From: a virus
Taxonomy: Duplodnaviria; Heunggongvirae; Uroviricota; Caudoviricetes
Strand: one strand, 5' to 3'
IMG/VR virus record: IMGVR_UViG_3300017971_000191
DNA length: 64,000 nt
The notes below the pieces were generated by a model. That model did not search any database. It was given only the letters and a program-made list of their open reading frames with translations, and had not been told where the DNA came from. Shown in pieces: positions 1-9,581 of this stretch. How positions within the stretch are numbered: the stretch's first letter is position 1; each line of letters begins with the position of its first letter. A program made the translations under genes and the position numbers.

Positions 1-164
1 GAGGAACAGCAGGAAGACGACCGTGGCGACGACCGTGGCGCCGACCGACTTCCCGTCGTTCTCGGCACAGAGGATGAAAATCAGCGTGAAGACGAGGAAC
101 AGCACCCAGAACGCAAACGTGCCCAGCAAAAACCACTCGAAGATCATGACTTCTCTCCTTGTGT

Positions 165-1022
165 CTAGGCCTCCAGTGCGGCGACCTGTTGGGGAATTTC
201 GATCCCATACACTATGTCGGAGAAGGGCGCCGGACGCAACTCCACATTCGCCACCAGGGGTACGCCGCGGATCTCGGCCGCGTGCTGGATCTGGTGGACG
301 TAGTAGCGGTCATCCGTCTTGGCGTTGACCCAGACGTCCAGCTCGTCGATCAGGGGGATCATCAACATGCGAGCCGGCACGGTGACATCGTTGACCGTTC
401 CCCGGGCTCCGCGGTCATCGACATGCTTCCGCTTGGTGCGGGGAGCCAGGTCGGCCCAGACGCAGCCCATCGGGTAGAAGTAGCCGCACTGGAACCCCGT
501 GCCCCAACACTCCTCGCAGTCGGGATTGCGGACCTCGTCGGTCTGGAAGTCGGTGCACTGGGTACACCTGGCCCCGGAGATCCGCCGCTTCAAGAGGTAG
601 CCGTTGTTGGTGGCCAGCTTGTTGCGGAGCCGCTCCTTGCGGACGATCTCGCGGGCGATCCGCCAGTCCCGTTTCTCCAGGATGCCCAGGCCGCCCACGG
701 GGTCGGAGTAGTAGGTCCCGTCCGTGGTCTCCAGCTTGACGCGGTAGTGGGTGAAGTTCGTCTTCCCCCAGACCCGCTGCTCGCCGTCGATGGCGTAGAA
801 GGTGTTCTCCACGGAGATGCCGACGTCTTCCCAGTCCCCGGCCATGGGGTTGGCCGACTTGCCCACCTGGAGCGTGAACTCCCACGGCAGCGGATCGGCG
901 AACTCCGGGAGCAGGTCCCAGACGACACGGGTGCCACCGCGGATCAGGTAGCTGACGTGGACCCGGTCGAAGACGCTAGGGCAGTCTTGCGGGCACGGGT
1001 CGCAACAGGTTGGCTGAGTCAT
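165..1022 (-). CDS. hypothetical Cys-rich protein (N-terminal CCDPCPQDC motif plus an internal CxxC...CxxC zinc-ribbon-like cluster)
   Basis: 285-aa ORF with ATG at 1020-1022. Same strand and codon bias as neighbours. No family recognised. Confidence 0.5.
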   Translation of the reverse strand: MTQPTCCDPCPQDCPSVFDRVHVSYLIRGGTRVVWDLLPEFADPLPWEFTLQVGKSANPMAGDWEDVGISVENTFYAIDGEQRVWGKTNFTHYRVKLETTDGTYYSDPVGGLGILEKRDWRIAREIVRKERLRNKLATNNGYLLKRRISGARCTQCTDFQTDEVRNPDCEECWGTGFQCGYFYPMGCVWADLAPRTKRKHVDDRGARGTVNDVTVPARMLMIPLIDELDVWVNAKTDDRYYVHQIQHAAEIRGVPLVANVELRPAPFSDIVYGIEIPQQVAALEA

Positions 1023-1037
1023 CCTTGACTCCTATCG

Positions 1038-1400
1038 TCAGAGACTAGGCACTTGCCACTGCCGCAGCTCGTCAACGTCCTTGGTAAACCGCGGGGTTGC
1101 GATATGGCCGAAGCAGACCCGGTACTTGGGGCCACGGATGTACGTGTTCACGGGCAGGCACGCGAACGGAATCGTGTAGGCGGCATACCCCTCTTCGTCG
1201 ATGAAGTCGGGCTCCCGCACCTCGTCGGGTTTTAGCTGGTCCTTGATAGGATGGGCCGCCAGGATCTCGCGGATGTCCGGCAGCTCTTTCCAGGGCAATC
1301 CCTTCCGTTTAGGCGCGGGGCTCGGCGTGGCAGGCACCAGTGGTGCCATCACGGCCGCCGCCCCGGCAGCTAATGCTTTGAGGAAATCCCGCCGCCTCAT
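1038..1400 (-). CDS. exported (Tat signal RRRDFLKALAAGAAAVMA) protein whose C-terminal part is homologous to residues ~85-130 of the capsid-like protein 6070..7011
   Basis: ATG at 1398-1400 is preceded by AGGAGGAG and overlaps the upstream stop as ATGA. The motif TIPFACLPVNTYIRGPKYRVCFGHIATPRFTKDVDELR matches SIPFATLPVNLYIRGPRYRVMFDRIVTPRFTKDVDELR in 6070..7011. Confidence 0.55.
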   Translation of the reverse strand: MRRRDFLKALAAGAAAVMAPLVPATPSPAPKRKGLPWKELPDIREILAAHPIKDQLKPDEVREPDFIDEEGYAAYTIPFACLPVNTYIRGPKYRVCFGHIATPRFTKDVDELRQWQVPSL

Positions 1401-2050
1401 GTCTTCTCCTCCTGGACCTCGTCCACGGCAACTTCGGTGCATTTCATGCCGCGGAGCACGGAAACGTCGTCGTACGCCTGCCACTTCGGATCAATGTGGC
1501 GTCTGACGGGAAAGCCGGAGTTGGCGATTGGCGGATGATAACGAAGGAGGGCCGCCTGGATGCGCTCGTAGTCGTCCTTCTTGAGGGTCTTCCGCCGGGC
1601 ATCTCTGGTATAGGAACACGCCCGCCGAAGTTTCTGTCGGAACTCCTCGACGAGTTCCTCCTCGGTGCCCACCGAGACCTCAAACGCGATGGCCGCTTCC
1701 TTGGCACGCTGGAACTCACCGGTAGGCGGCTGGAGGCCGAAGTATTCGATCCAGTACCTCGGGTCCCGTGGCGCGGACGGCACAGTGGATTTGGGCCGGA
1801 TGAGATCCGGCCGAGGACAATCGAAGGCCAGCATGACGCCGCCCATCACGGCGACGAACAGCTCGTCGTCTTTCTTCGTCGCGGGGACCCGGTAGGTCGG
1901 AGTGCGGACGACGGCGTTTTCGGGGAGCAGGCTCTTGTGGAACTCCCCGAAGATCTCGGTCGTCTCCTCGGCAGTTGTCTGGCGCCGCGGGAAACCGCAC
2001 CAGGCCAGGACCGCACCGGCAGCGGCAGCAAAGAATCCACGCCTCTTCAT
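1397..2050 (-). CDS. secreted hypothetical protein (signal peptide MKRRGFFAAAAGAVLAWC)
   Basis: ATG at 2048-2050 with a GGAGA ribosome-binding site. The long N-terminal extension of ORF 1397..2524 in the track is rejected. Confidence 0.55.
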   Translation of the reverse strand: MKRRGFFAAAAGAVLAWCGFPRRQTTAEETTEIFGEFHKSLLPENAVVRTPTYRVPATKKDDELFVAVMGGVMLAFDCPRPDLIRPKSTVPSAPRDPRYWIEYFGLQPPTGEFQRAKEAAIAFEVSVGTEEELVEEFRQKLRRACSYTRDARRKTLKKDDYERIQAALLRYHPPIANSGFPVRRHIDPKWQAYDDVSVLRGMKCTEVAVDEVQEEKT

Positions 2051-2063
2051 CGTTCTCTCCTTC

Positions 2064-2978
2064 TCAGAAAAACACGCCTCCGTACGAGGAGCTGACGCTC
2101 CCGATACAGAGCTGCTGGTTGATCTCCAACTTCTTGTAGTCGACGAACTGCCTCCACTCATCCAGCAACATGGCGCCGACACGGAGGTACGGTTCCTCCT
2201 TCTTCTTGTCGTCGACGGCCACGCCGCCGGCGTTGTAGGGCAAGTGGTTCCGCCGGTAATTGGCGGCGGCGATCTCGTAGAGATGCCCGCAGATGGCCCG
2301 CAGCCAGTTCTCGCGGAAGGGGAAGTTCCGCGTGTCGATCTGCGGCCGGATCGGAGGCGGCCGACTGTTCCAGAACTGAAGAGGCCGGCCGATCGCCGTT
2401 GCGAGCACGTCGTCCCCGAACTCGATGTCGTCCAGCAGCAGGTTGTCGACGCCGCCCGTGTCGAGCACCGCCTGGCGAAGCTCCAGCACGGTCGGCGGGC
2501 CCAGGTTATGGGTCTCATCGTCACTGCCGAAGAGGCTCCGCTCGACCCAGAGCAGGCCCGCGTTGACGACCTTGATCTCGTTCTCTGCGTCGACCACGGC
2601 GAAGCTGAGCTGGTAGATCCCCGAGTTCCGCACCATCGTCGCCAGGGTGGGGAAGCGGGCGGTTCCTCCTGCGGCCGAGATTACCGTACCCTGCGTGCTG
2701 AGCAGGGGATTGGTGGAGCTGTTGACCGGGGCCACCAACTCCTTGGTTCGCAGCCAGACGGCCCCCTCGTCGGCCTGGGACTCCGAGACAGAATCGTTCC
2801 CACCAGCAGCGCCGGGGAACAACTCGCTGAGGTCGATAGGGTTGCCGGCGGCATCCCGGAAGGTATGCTCCAGGGTGGGTTTGATCCCAAGCTGGGTGAC
2901 GAAGATCTTCATCCGCGTCAACGCGGGGCAGTCCTCGACGTTAGGGATACTCGCCGTGATGGTCCCGAGTGTCGGCAT
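2064..2978 (-). CDS. hypothetical protein (possibly structural)
   Basis: ATG at 2976-2978 with an AGGAGA ribosome-binding site. Translation MPTLGTITASIPNVEDC... No family recognised. Confidence 0.45.
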   Translation of the reverse strand: MPTLGTITASIPNVEDCPALTRMKIFVTQLGIKPTLEHTFRDAAGNPIDLSELFPGAAGGNDSVSESQADEGAVWLRTKELVAPVNSSTNPLLSTQGTVISAAGGTARFPTLATMVRNSGIYQLSFAVVDAENEIKVVNAGLLWVERSLFGSDDETHNLGPPTVLELRQAVLDTGGVDNLLLDDIEFGDDVLATAIGRPLQFWNSRPPPIRPQIDTRNFPFRENWLRAICGHLYEIAAANYRRNHLPYNAGGVAVDDKKKEEPYLRVGAMLLDEWRQFVDYKKLEINQQLCIGSVSSSYGGVFF

Positions 2979-2988
2979 CGTGCCTCTC

Positions 2989-4206
2989 CTAAATCTGCTG
3001 CTTGCCGGGGTGACGCTGCCCCTTGAGTGCGACCAACTGGATTGTAGCATACCGCAGGTTGTGCTGGCGATGGAATTTGCTGGGGTAGCGCTCGATGCCC
3101 TGGACAAGCTGGTAGCGGCATTTCCGCCGCGGATTCCGGCAGAGATCCTTGTTGCAGTAGGGGAAGAAGCTGGCCGTCGTATGGTAGGACTTCGCGCCGT
3201 GGTACAGGAAGGCAGCCTGGGTGGTGGCGCTGGGGACGCTAATCTCCAGGTAGCCGCCGGGAACGAGCTTCTTGTAGGCCTCGTCCATGAACCGGGGGAC
3301 CTGGTCCCCGGGGAGGAACTGAAGAATGTCGTTGCAGACGATCAGCCCCACCGGGTCGTTGTAGGCCGTGGCGTACCATTTCAGCCAGTCGCTTGCCGTG
3401 GCCCCGAGCCGCTGTAGCTCCAAGGCCAGGTCAAGGATCATGTAGCCCTCGCGGCGGCACCACTCCCGCATCAACGGCCCGGCGTACTTGGTACGGTTCT
3501 TTTCCACCTGCTTCCAGAGATCGTTGCTGCGAGCCCGGTAGGTGTTGTTCTGGTGGAGCCGGTAGAGGTAGTTGCAGCCGCCGGTGTGGACGAACTTGTG
3601 CTTCCCCAGGTAGGTCCGGCAGATCAGGTCGTGGTCGTCACCCACGGACATGTCCTTGTCGTGGCCGCCCACGTTGTAGTAGGCATCCCGGCTCCACACG
3701 CGGACATGGTCCGGGGCGTAGTAGACCTCGCAGAGACAGCGCGGCGTCAACGGGAAGCACCGGTGGGCATTGAGCTGGCGGCCGTAGACCCGGATTGGGT
3801 AGTTGATCCAGTCGTGGGCCTCCCCGAGCTTGTGGGCCCCAAATCCGGGATGCCTGAAGTAGGCGGCGTCGGAGTAGACGAACCCGGCCCCATCGGCGAT
3901 GTGCTTGGCAATCGTCGAGAGCGTCGAGCCCGGCATGAGAGCATCGTCATGGTCCAACTCGATGAAGGCGTCCCCGTTGGACGAGTCACAAGCGTATCGT
4001 TTGATCGCCCCGATGTTGTGCAGGCTGTAGGCTCCTTCGCACACCCGGACCCGGGGGTCCTCCATAATGTGCCGGGGGATGGAGGAGTCGATCCCGTTGG
4101 GAGCTAGGACCCATTCCCAACTGTCGAAGTCCTGGTAGAGGAGCGACCGGTACGCTTCGTCGAGCCACGTCGGGTGGTGGGTCGGCGTGATGACCGAGAG
4201 GAGCAC
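2989..4206 (-). CDS. family-2 glycosyltransferase fused to a class I SAM-methyltransferase-like C-terminal domain
   Basis: The N-terminus LSVITPTHHPTW...DHDD is the GT-A/GT2 signature. The C-terminal part (LIVCNDILQFLPGD...LVPGGYLEISVP) resembles an AdoMet-methyltransferase motif. Confidence 0.55.
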   Translation of the reverse strand: MLLSVITPTHHPTWLDEAYRSLLYQDFDSWEWVLAPNGIDSSIPRHIMEDPRVRVCEGAYSLHNIGAIKRYACDSSNGDAFIELDHDDALMPGSTLSTIAKHIADGAGFVYSDAAYFRHPGFGAHKLGEAHDWINYPIRVYGRQLNAHRCFPLTPRCLCEVYYAPDHVRVWSRDAYYNVGGHDKDMSVGDDHDLICRTYLGKHKFVHTGGCNYLYRLHQNNTYRARSNDLWKQVEKNRTKYAGPLMREWCRREGYMILDLALELQRLGATASDWLKWYATAYNDPVGLIVCNDILQFLPGDQVPRFMDEAYKKLVPGGYLEISVPSATTQAAFLYHGAKSYHTTASFFPYCNKDLCRNPRRKCRYQLVQGIERYPSKFHRQHNLRYATIQLVALKGQRHPGKQQI

Positions 4207-4496
4207 TTCTTCGTTCCCTTCTTCTTGGTCCGGGTGAGCCGTTTCAGTGAGACGCCGCAGAACGGGCAGTAGTTGAGGATGATCCCTTTCGACCGGAACT
4301 CGCCGGAGTGCAGTACGGGGATGGGCCGCATATCGCCGTTCTCTGCGTCGAACAGGAAACGGCTAACAAGGCCTTGGCGACGTTGGCCGTCCTCGTAGGC
4401 CGTGGAAATGACGTCGCAGGGCTGCCATTCTCCCTTCTTGCTGAACGTGCAACGGGTCTTCTTGCACTTGGGTAGGGGCGTGTCTTTTTTAGCCAT
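4104..4496 (-). CDS. small zinc-ribbon protein (CxxC...CPFC)
   Basis: Translation MAKKDTPLPKCKKTRC...NYCPFCGVSLKRL. Its 3' part overlaps the GT2 gene start by about 100 nt in another frame, so the true stop is uncertain. Confidence 0.4.
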   Translation of the reverse strand: MAKKDTPLPKCKKTRCTFSKKGEWQPCDVISTAYEDGQRRQGLVSRFLFDAENGDMRPIPVLHSGEFRSKGIILNYCPFCGVSLKRLTRTKKKGTKKCSSRSSRRPTTRRGSTKRTGRSSTRTSTVGNGS

Positions 4497-4620
4497 TGGG
4501 GCCTCCGGGTTGAGATGCAAGTAGTCTACCCGGAGATCCCGAGGCCGGTCGAGACAGTTTCCAGAAAGCCGTCAGTTTCCTGGGCGAGAAAACGAGCCCA
4601 AACAGGAATACGTCGGCGCG

Positions 4621-4655
4621 CAAAAGGAGGGCAGGGCCACGTGACCCCGCCCTCC
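4621..4655 (-). terminator. GC-rich hairpin (GGAGGGCAGGG...CCCCGCCCTCC, loop CCACGTGA) followed on the minus strand by CUUUUGCGC
   Basis: An inverted repeat with a U-run lies just downstream of the stop of gene 4696..5040. Confidence 0.4.
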
Positions 4656-4695
4656 AAGGGGCAAGAGCAGGTTTTGTCGAAACGCTTGTTCCCGG

Positions 4696-5040
4696 CTACT
4701 CGGAGACCGAGTTGAGCCAGCAGGGATCGGTCGTGCCGAGCGTCCCGCCGTCGAGCTGGAGCATCTTCGACTCGTTGGTCGTAGCGTCCAGGAGGATCGG
4801 CGACGGAGTGTTGAGGATCTGGATGTCCCCGCGAGCCATCGCGGCCTCGAAGGCCACAATGTGACGCCGGCAGCCGACCCGCTCGTCCTTGATCACCGCC
4901 TCGCGCACGTCACCGTACACCGTGAACTCTTCGTCCGCGGCCAGCTCGCGCCCGTGGGGCGGCAGGAACCCGAATCGCTTTCGGACTCCGCTCGTATTCT
5001 TCACCGAAGAATACAAGCAGGTGGTATCGTAAGTGGGCAT
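4696..5040 (-). CDS. hypothetical protein, probably highly expressed
   Basis: Start context CAAGGAGGGTAACCCATG is nearly identical to that of gene 7092..7622. Confidence 0.5.
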   Translation of the reverse strand: MPTYDTTCLYSSVKNTSGVRKRFGFLPPHGRELAADEEFTVYGDVREAVIKDERVGCRRHIVAFEAAMARGDIQILNTPSPILLDATTNESKMLQLDGGTLGTTDPCWLNSVSE

Positions 5041-5095
5041 GGGTTACCCTCCTTGGTTTTCAGAGGTCGTCCGCCGTCGTAGGTCGTCGTGGATG

Positions 5096-5554
5096 CTAGG
5101 CACCCGCGGCGGCCGGCTCCGGCTCCTTCTGTTGACCTTGTCCAAGGGCCATCGACGCCTCATGGGCCTTCAGAGAGAGGACGGAGTTGTAGATCGTCGG
5201 ATCGGCCATCGCCTGGGCGGCAGCCTCCTTGATCGCCAGCTCCTCTTCCTCCTCCTGGGCCTGCTTGAGGAAGCCTTCCTGACCCATCGCGGCGTCCAAG
5301 TCGGACAGGGCTTCACCGAAGCGGCTGTCCCCGGCGGACTTCGCGAGATCGACGTGCCGCAGCCTTCCGGCCAGGAGCAACAGATCCTGTGCTTCCTTCT
5401 CGGTCTGCGGCTGGATGCCGTGGGACGCGAGCTTGCCGAAGAAGACTTGCTGATGCACGCCGTCGAACAAGTTCTGGTACGCGACGTCGGGGCTCGGAAG
5501 CTGAGGCTTCTGATCCTTGGCGTCGGCGCCTTCCTTGGTCTGCTGTTCGCTCAT
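5096..5554 (-). CDS. hypothetical acidic protein
   Basis: 152-aa ORF with a coiled-coil-like, Glu-rich middle region. Confidence 0.5.
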   Translation of the reverse strand: MSEQQTKEGADAKDQKPQLPSPDVAYQNLFDGVHQQVFFGKLASHGIQPQTEKEAQDLLLLAGRLRHVDLAKSAGDSRFGEALSDLDAAMGQEGFLKQAQEEEEELAIKEAAAQAMADPTIYNSVLSLKAHEASMALGQGQQKEPEPAAAGA

Positions 5555-5609
5555 GGCGTGTCCTCGCAGTTCCTTATGATTGCGGACTCGGTCGCGACCA
5601 GGGTCGCTA

Positions 5610-5943
5610 CTAGCCCTGGTTCTGCATGAAATCCTGCCCGATCATGCCGTCGTTGCGGTAAGGATCGCGGCTCCGGGCGATACCGTCGCCGTCTTCCTCG
5701 ACCGCCATCTTGTTCGGCGCGTGGGGCGGGGTCGTGGCACCCTGATCGCCAGGAGAATGGTTCGTCCCGTCGACCTCGTAGACCTCGTTGTCCCCGAGCT
5801 TGTCGACGTCCGAAAACGGATCGACGGCCTCGGAAACCTGGTCATCGGGAGTGCCGTCCAGGGTGATTTCGGCGTCAACGCAGGCGCCCATGAACTCACC
5901 TTCGTTGGGATCGGGGTTGGTGCCCCGCATGTTGATTCCCATG
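5610..5943 (-). CDS. hypothetical acidic protein
   Basis: ATG (MGINMRG...) is preceded by AGGAG. The palindromic 20-mer lies immediately upstream. Confidence 0.5.
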
Positions 5944-5959
5944 ATGGTACTCCTGGTTC

Positions 5960-5979
5960 TCAAAAGCGGTTTTGAGGAT
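5960..5979. repeat. palindromic motif CTCAAAAGCGGTTTTGAGGA, copy 1 (intergenic, 5' of gene 5610..5943)
   Basis: Exact 20-mer shared with copies at 17386 and 43047. Confidence 0.6.
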
Positions 5980-6069
5980 CAGCCCACCCGAGCCCCCGAA
6001 GGGGCCCGGGATAGGCTGGTGCTTTCCGGTAGCGGTGCATGAGCACCTGGGGGCTTACGCCCCTGACGA

Positions 6070-7011
6070 CTACTGGAAGTCGACGCGAGCCAGACCGCTG
6101 GTGTGACCGATGGTCCCACCCATAGTCTCGTACGCGAAGAACTCCAGCATGTAGGCCTCACGACGAATGTACATCGTCGTATCTTCCAAAACGAAACTTT
6201 TGCCGATGAACTTGGGATCGGCAAAGTGGTACATCGTGTTGGTCGGCACGAGGCCCTTTTTGATCGTGATGATCCACTTGTAGCCCATGAACTCCTGGAG
6301 GGTCCACCCGTTCCGCATGATGTCTGCGGAAATGTCCCCACCCATTTCGTTCCGGGTCTGCTTGCAGACCTCCTTGATCGTGATGTTGTTCAGGAGGATG
6401 CAGTGCACCTCCAGGTTGCTGGGCGTGTTGGGCATCACCTTCACCGAGTCCCAGAGGGTGTCTCGGGTGATCCCACCAGCGATGACCTCGTGCTGGACCA
6501 CGCCCGACGTGGGCACGGTCAGACCGGGGCCGACCAGCGCGGTGTTGACGGCACGGATGAACTTGCCGTCCTCTTCCGCCAACATGTCCTTGATGGCGTT
6601 GTCCGACAAAACCTGCCGGATGTCCATCACCCAGGTGCGCAGTTCGTCGACGTCCTTGGTGAACCGAGGAGTGACGATGCGGTCGAACATCACGCGGTAG
6701 CGAGGACCGCGGATGTACAGGTTGACGGGCAAGGTCGCGAAAGGAATCGAGATTGCCGCGGGGCTCTCCGGCTCCTTGTCGATGACCTTGACGGGCTTGT
6801 CCGTGTCCACCTGCCGGTCCAACTCATCGTTGCCGATGGGGATGGGCGGCATGATGCGACGGAAGAAGCCATCTTCCCTCATCTTGACCCGGGTGAAGTC
6901 GTTGACGGCATCCACCGCCTGCTTCTCCAGCACGGGGTCACGAGAGGACAGCTTCTCGAAGATCGCCTCGTTGAGGAGTTTGGACTCCTCCATCGTCATC
7001 TGGGCACTCAT
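6070..7011 (-). CDS. putative major capsid / structural protein, about 313 aa
   Basis: It sits downstream of scaffold-like acidic proteins and a putative portal. It has no signal peptide and no recognisable enzymatic motif. The capsid call is positional and low-confidence. Confidence 0.4.
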   Translation of the reverse strand: MSAQMTMEESKLLNEAIFEKLSSRDPVLEKQAVDAVNDFTRVKMREDGFFRRIMPPIPIGNDELDRQVDTDKPVKVIDKEPESPAAISIPFATLPVNLYIRGPRYRVMFDRIVTPRFTKDVDELRTWVMDIRQVLSDNAIKDMLAEEDGKFIRAVNTALVGPGLTVPTSGVVQHEVIAGGITRDTLWDSVKVMPNTPSNLEVHCILLNNITIKEVCKQTRNEMGGDISADIMRNGWTLQEFMGYKWIITIKKGLVPTNTMYHFADPKFIGKSFVLEDTTMYIRREAYMLEFFAYETMGGTIGHTSGLARVDFQ

Positions 7012-7091
7012 CGAGTATTACCTCCGTGTGCTGGGTTGTTGGTTCGTCCGTGAAGACTGGAACCGTCAACCGTCAGCCGAAGCAAAAGCGC

Positions 7092-7622
7092 TTACGGCGT
7101 CGGGAAAACGGGGAACGGCCAGAAGGCCAGGGCCAGGTGGCCGTAACCGTTGTCGACGACACCGCGAGAGACGATGCCGACGATCATGTCGGTGTACAGC
7201 GTGCCCGCGACCAACTTGCCGGCGTTGGCACCGGTTTTCGCGGCCGTGAGCGGGTCGTTCGGCGAGTAGTCGGCATCGACGTACGCCGTGGAGACCAACT
7301 CGTAGGCGCCGACGGCCACGAGAGCCATCGCCTGCCCGGTCGGGTTGATCGCCACCCAGACGCCCTTCTCCGTGGCGGGATCTCCGCCCTCGTTGATCAC
7401 GTCGGGGTCGTCCGAGTTGTTGAAGGTGAACAGGGGCATGACGGCATCGGTGCCGACGCCCAGTTCGTACTTGCCGGAACTGTTGATGCGAACCACCGTG
7501 CCCGCAAGAACGACCGAAGTGATCGAGCTGGCGAACTCCGTGTGGAAATCGACAGCAGCGGGCTGCGGCCACCCCTTGAGGGCGTTGAGCGTGTTCGCCG
7601 TCATCTGGCGAGGAGCTGCCAT
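7092..7622 (-). CDS. putative head decoration / minor capsid protein
   Basis: 176 aa and Gly/Val-rich, immediately upstream of the capsid-like gene. It shares the strong start context CAAGGAGGATAACCCATG. Confidence 0.35.
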   Translation of the reverse strand: MAAPRQMTANTLNALKGWPQPAAVDFHTEFASSITSVVLAGTVVRINSSGKYELGVGTDAVMPLFTFNNSDDPDVINEGGDPATEKGVWVAINPTGQAMALVAVGAYELVSTAYVDADYSPNDPLTAAKTGANAGKLVAGTLYTDMIVGIVSRGVVDNGYGHLALAFWPFPVFPTP

Positions 7623-7698
7623 GGGGTTATCCTCCTTGACACTAGGTCGTGGGTTTCTGCGGACCTACGAAGTCCGTTCCATGCGGGTTGAAGAAGGG

Positions 7699-8148
7699 TC
7701 AGTGTCCGGGAGGTGCGTCGAGCACCTTCAGGATGGCCTCGTCAGAGGCCTTCTTCTGGCTCGTCTTCTTACCGACGTAGCCATCTTCGAGGCTGTTGTA
7801 ATCCCCGGCGGCCTTGTCGCCACCGAGGGAGGCCTCGTCCTCATCCGCCGGCTGACCCAGCTCGGCGGCTTGCTTCTCGATCTTGGCCTTCATGCCGGCC
7901 ATCTTCTCGATGGCCGACCGGAGCAAGCCCAGCGTCTCCGCGTGGCTGCCCAACATCGCGTCGGCGGCCTGCTTCTGCTCTTCGGAGACCGCGCCGGTCT
8001 CGATCATGAGCTGCAACAGGTCGGGTCGAAGCGCTGCGGCCTTGGTCTGGGAATCACGGTGAACTCCCAACTCGTCGAGGGCCTTCTTCGTCATCGCCGA
8101 AGAGACCGCGACGTAGTTGAGCGCCGCCGTGGCAATCTTGGTGTTCAT
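7699..8148 (-). CDS. scaffold-like helical charged protein
   Basis: The sequence MNTKIATAAL... contains helix-forming Lys/Glu/Ala repeats, and the start is preceded by GGAGGAG. Confidence 0.4.
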   Translation of the reverse strand: MNTKIATAALNYVAVSSAMTKKALDELGVHRDSQTKAAALRPDLLQLMIETGAVSEEQKQAADAMLGSHAETLGLLRSAIEKMAGMKAKIEKQAAELGQPADEDEASLGGDKAAGDYNSLEDGYVGKKTSQKKASDEAILKVLDAPPGH

Positions 8149-8218
8149 AGAACTCTCCTCCGTGAGTCGAGCTTGTCGTGTGGAAGAACGAGCAAGCAAA
8201 GCCTGGTCTCTGCCGAGG

Positions 8219-9526
8219 CTACTTCCGCTGCCGGTTACGGCTGCGGCCGATGACCTCCTTCACGTAGTCCCTGGCTTCCTTGCGAATGGCCTCCTTGTGG
8301 GCCTTTTTGTCCGCGGCGGCGACTTCCATACCGGGCGCGCCTCCGCCCTCCATGCCGCCCATTTCGCCGGGCATTTCGCCGGGCATGCCTCCACCTTCCG
8401 GAGGAGCGCCTTCACCGGCACCCTCGGCCAGCGCGGCTTCGAGTTCCTCGGGCGTCACGCCCAGCTCTTCGAGGATCTGGGCCAGTTCGAGGGCCTGAGG
8501 ATCGGCTCCGAGTTCCCCGCCACCACCGGCCATCGGATCGGCCGGAGCCTCACCGCCACCGAGGGCGTCGAGCATCTCTTCACCGCCTCCGCCGCCTCCG
8601 CCCATGGGCATCCCACCGCCCGGGCTACCCATAGCTGCGGCAGGGTCCGCGGCGGGGTCTCCTCCACCTTCGGCCTGCTTCTCGGAGGACTCGCCGCCCT
8701 TGTCTTCCTCCCCGGCCTGCTTCTCGGCCGCGTAGGTTTCGAGGTAATGGGCAACGCGATCAGCGTCGTCCGCGGCGACCTTGATGGTCTCTTCGAGGGT
8801 GGACCGGACCAGCTCGTCGGCGGCCTTCTTATCGAAGTTGCCGCTGGCCAATCCTGCCAGCTCCCAGCCGGCCTGGTGGGCCAGGTCGGCCTCGGCGTCC
8901 TCGCCCTCCTTCTGCTGCTCGCCTTCCTTGGCCTGCTCGCCGGCCGTCTTGGTCGGCTGGGGGCTTTCGGCGGCAATCAGCTCGCAGAGGTTGTCCCCGG
9001 CCGTCTTGCAGAGCTGGGCCAGGTCTTCGAGGCTCATCCCGTCGAGCTTGTCGGCGGAATACTTGTGGCCGTCCAGCTCCTCGTTGTCGGTGCGGGCCGG
9101 GTGGCTCGAACCGGGGTCCTCCTTGCCGGCCTTGGCCGAGGAGGTTTCGACGGAGCTGTCTTCACCGGTGGGCTGGGTGTTGGTGCCGATCTGGAGATGG
9201 TCGTCGGAGGCCGAGCCGGGGGACTGAACCGCTCCCCCCTCGCTCTTGCCGTCCGCAGCGGCCTTGGCATTGGGCGTGCCGTCGACACCGGGCTTGCCCT
9301 GATCTTCCTTGACGTCGGCCTCGTTCTCACTGGAACGCTCGCCTTCCTTGGCCGTCTCGCAACGGTCGTCGACATCCTTGACGGGGTGGGAAGTTTCACC
9401 GCCCTGGCTGCCAGGCTCGGTGTGCGCCTCGGCGCTCTTGTCAGCAGCCTGCTTTTCGGCGGCTCCCACCTGCTGAATGAAGGCGTCGATGGTGCCCATC
9501 GACTCCTGTGCAGACAGGGTAGTCAT
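8219..9526 (-). CDS. acidic low-complexity protein with Gly/Met/Pro-rich repeats (GGGMPGEMPGEMGGMEGGG); internal/scaffold-like
   Basis: It shares a C-proximal motif (ADPMAGGGG ... L.L..IL..G..P.EL) with gene 25518..26255. Confidence 0.5.
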   Translation of the reverse strand: MTTLSAQESMGTIDAFIQQVGAAEKQAADKSAEAHTEPGSQGGETSHPVKDVDDRCETAKEGERSSENEADVKEDQGKPGVDGTPNAKAAADGKSEGGAVQSPGSASDDHLQIGTNTQPTGEDSSVETSSAKAGKEDPGSSHPARTDNEELDGHKYSADKLDGMSLEDLAQLCKTAGDNLCELIAAESPQPTKTAGEQAKEGEQQKEGEDAEADLAHQAGWELAGLASGNFDKKAADELVRSTLEETIKVAADDADRVAHYLETYAAEKQAGEEDKGGESSEKQAEGGGDPAADPAAAMGSPGGGMPMGGGGGGGEEMLDALGGGEAPADPMAGGGGELGADPQALELAQILEELGVTPEELEAALAEGAGEGAPPEGGGMPGEMPGEMGGMEGGGAPGMEVAAADKKAHKEAIRKEARDYVKEVIGRSRNRQRK

Positions 9527-9581
9527 GCTGTTGCACTCCTTTGCTTGGTTTGTCGGTTTCCGTGCCGGCAGCACCACGTTC

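Noticed and set aside
2051-2524. N-terminal extensions of ORFs 1397..2524, 12358..14181, 32836..33666, 57438..59117 and 59947..61026
   Set aside because: The extensions are Arg-rich and of low complexity. Internal ATGs with AGGAG-type ribosome-binding sites give proteins that begin with signal peptides or conserved N-termini. The extensions overlap upstream genes in other frames.
5960-5979. Interpreting the palindromic 20-mer as a classical rho-independent terminator
   Set aside because: The stem is AT-rich and contains its own U-run rather than a GC stem followed by a U-tract. Two copies are translated in frame and one abuts an ATG, which fits a recognition or processing site better than a terminator.
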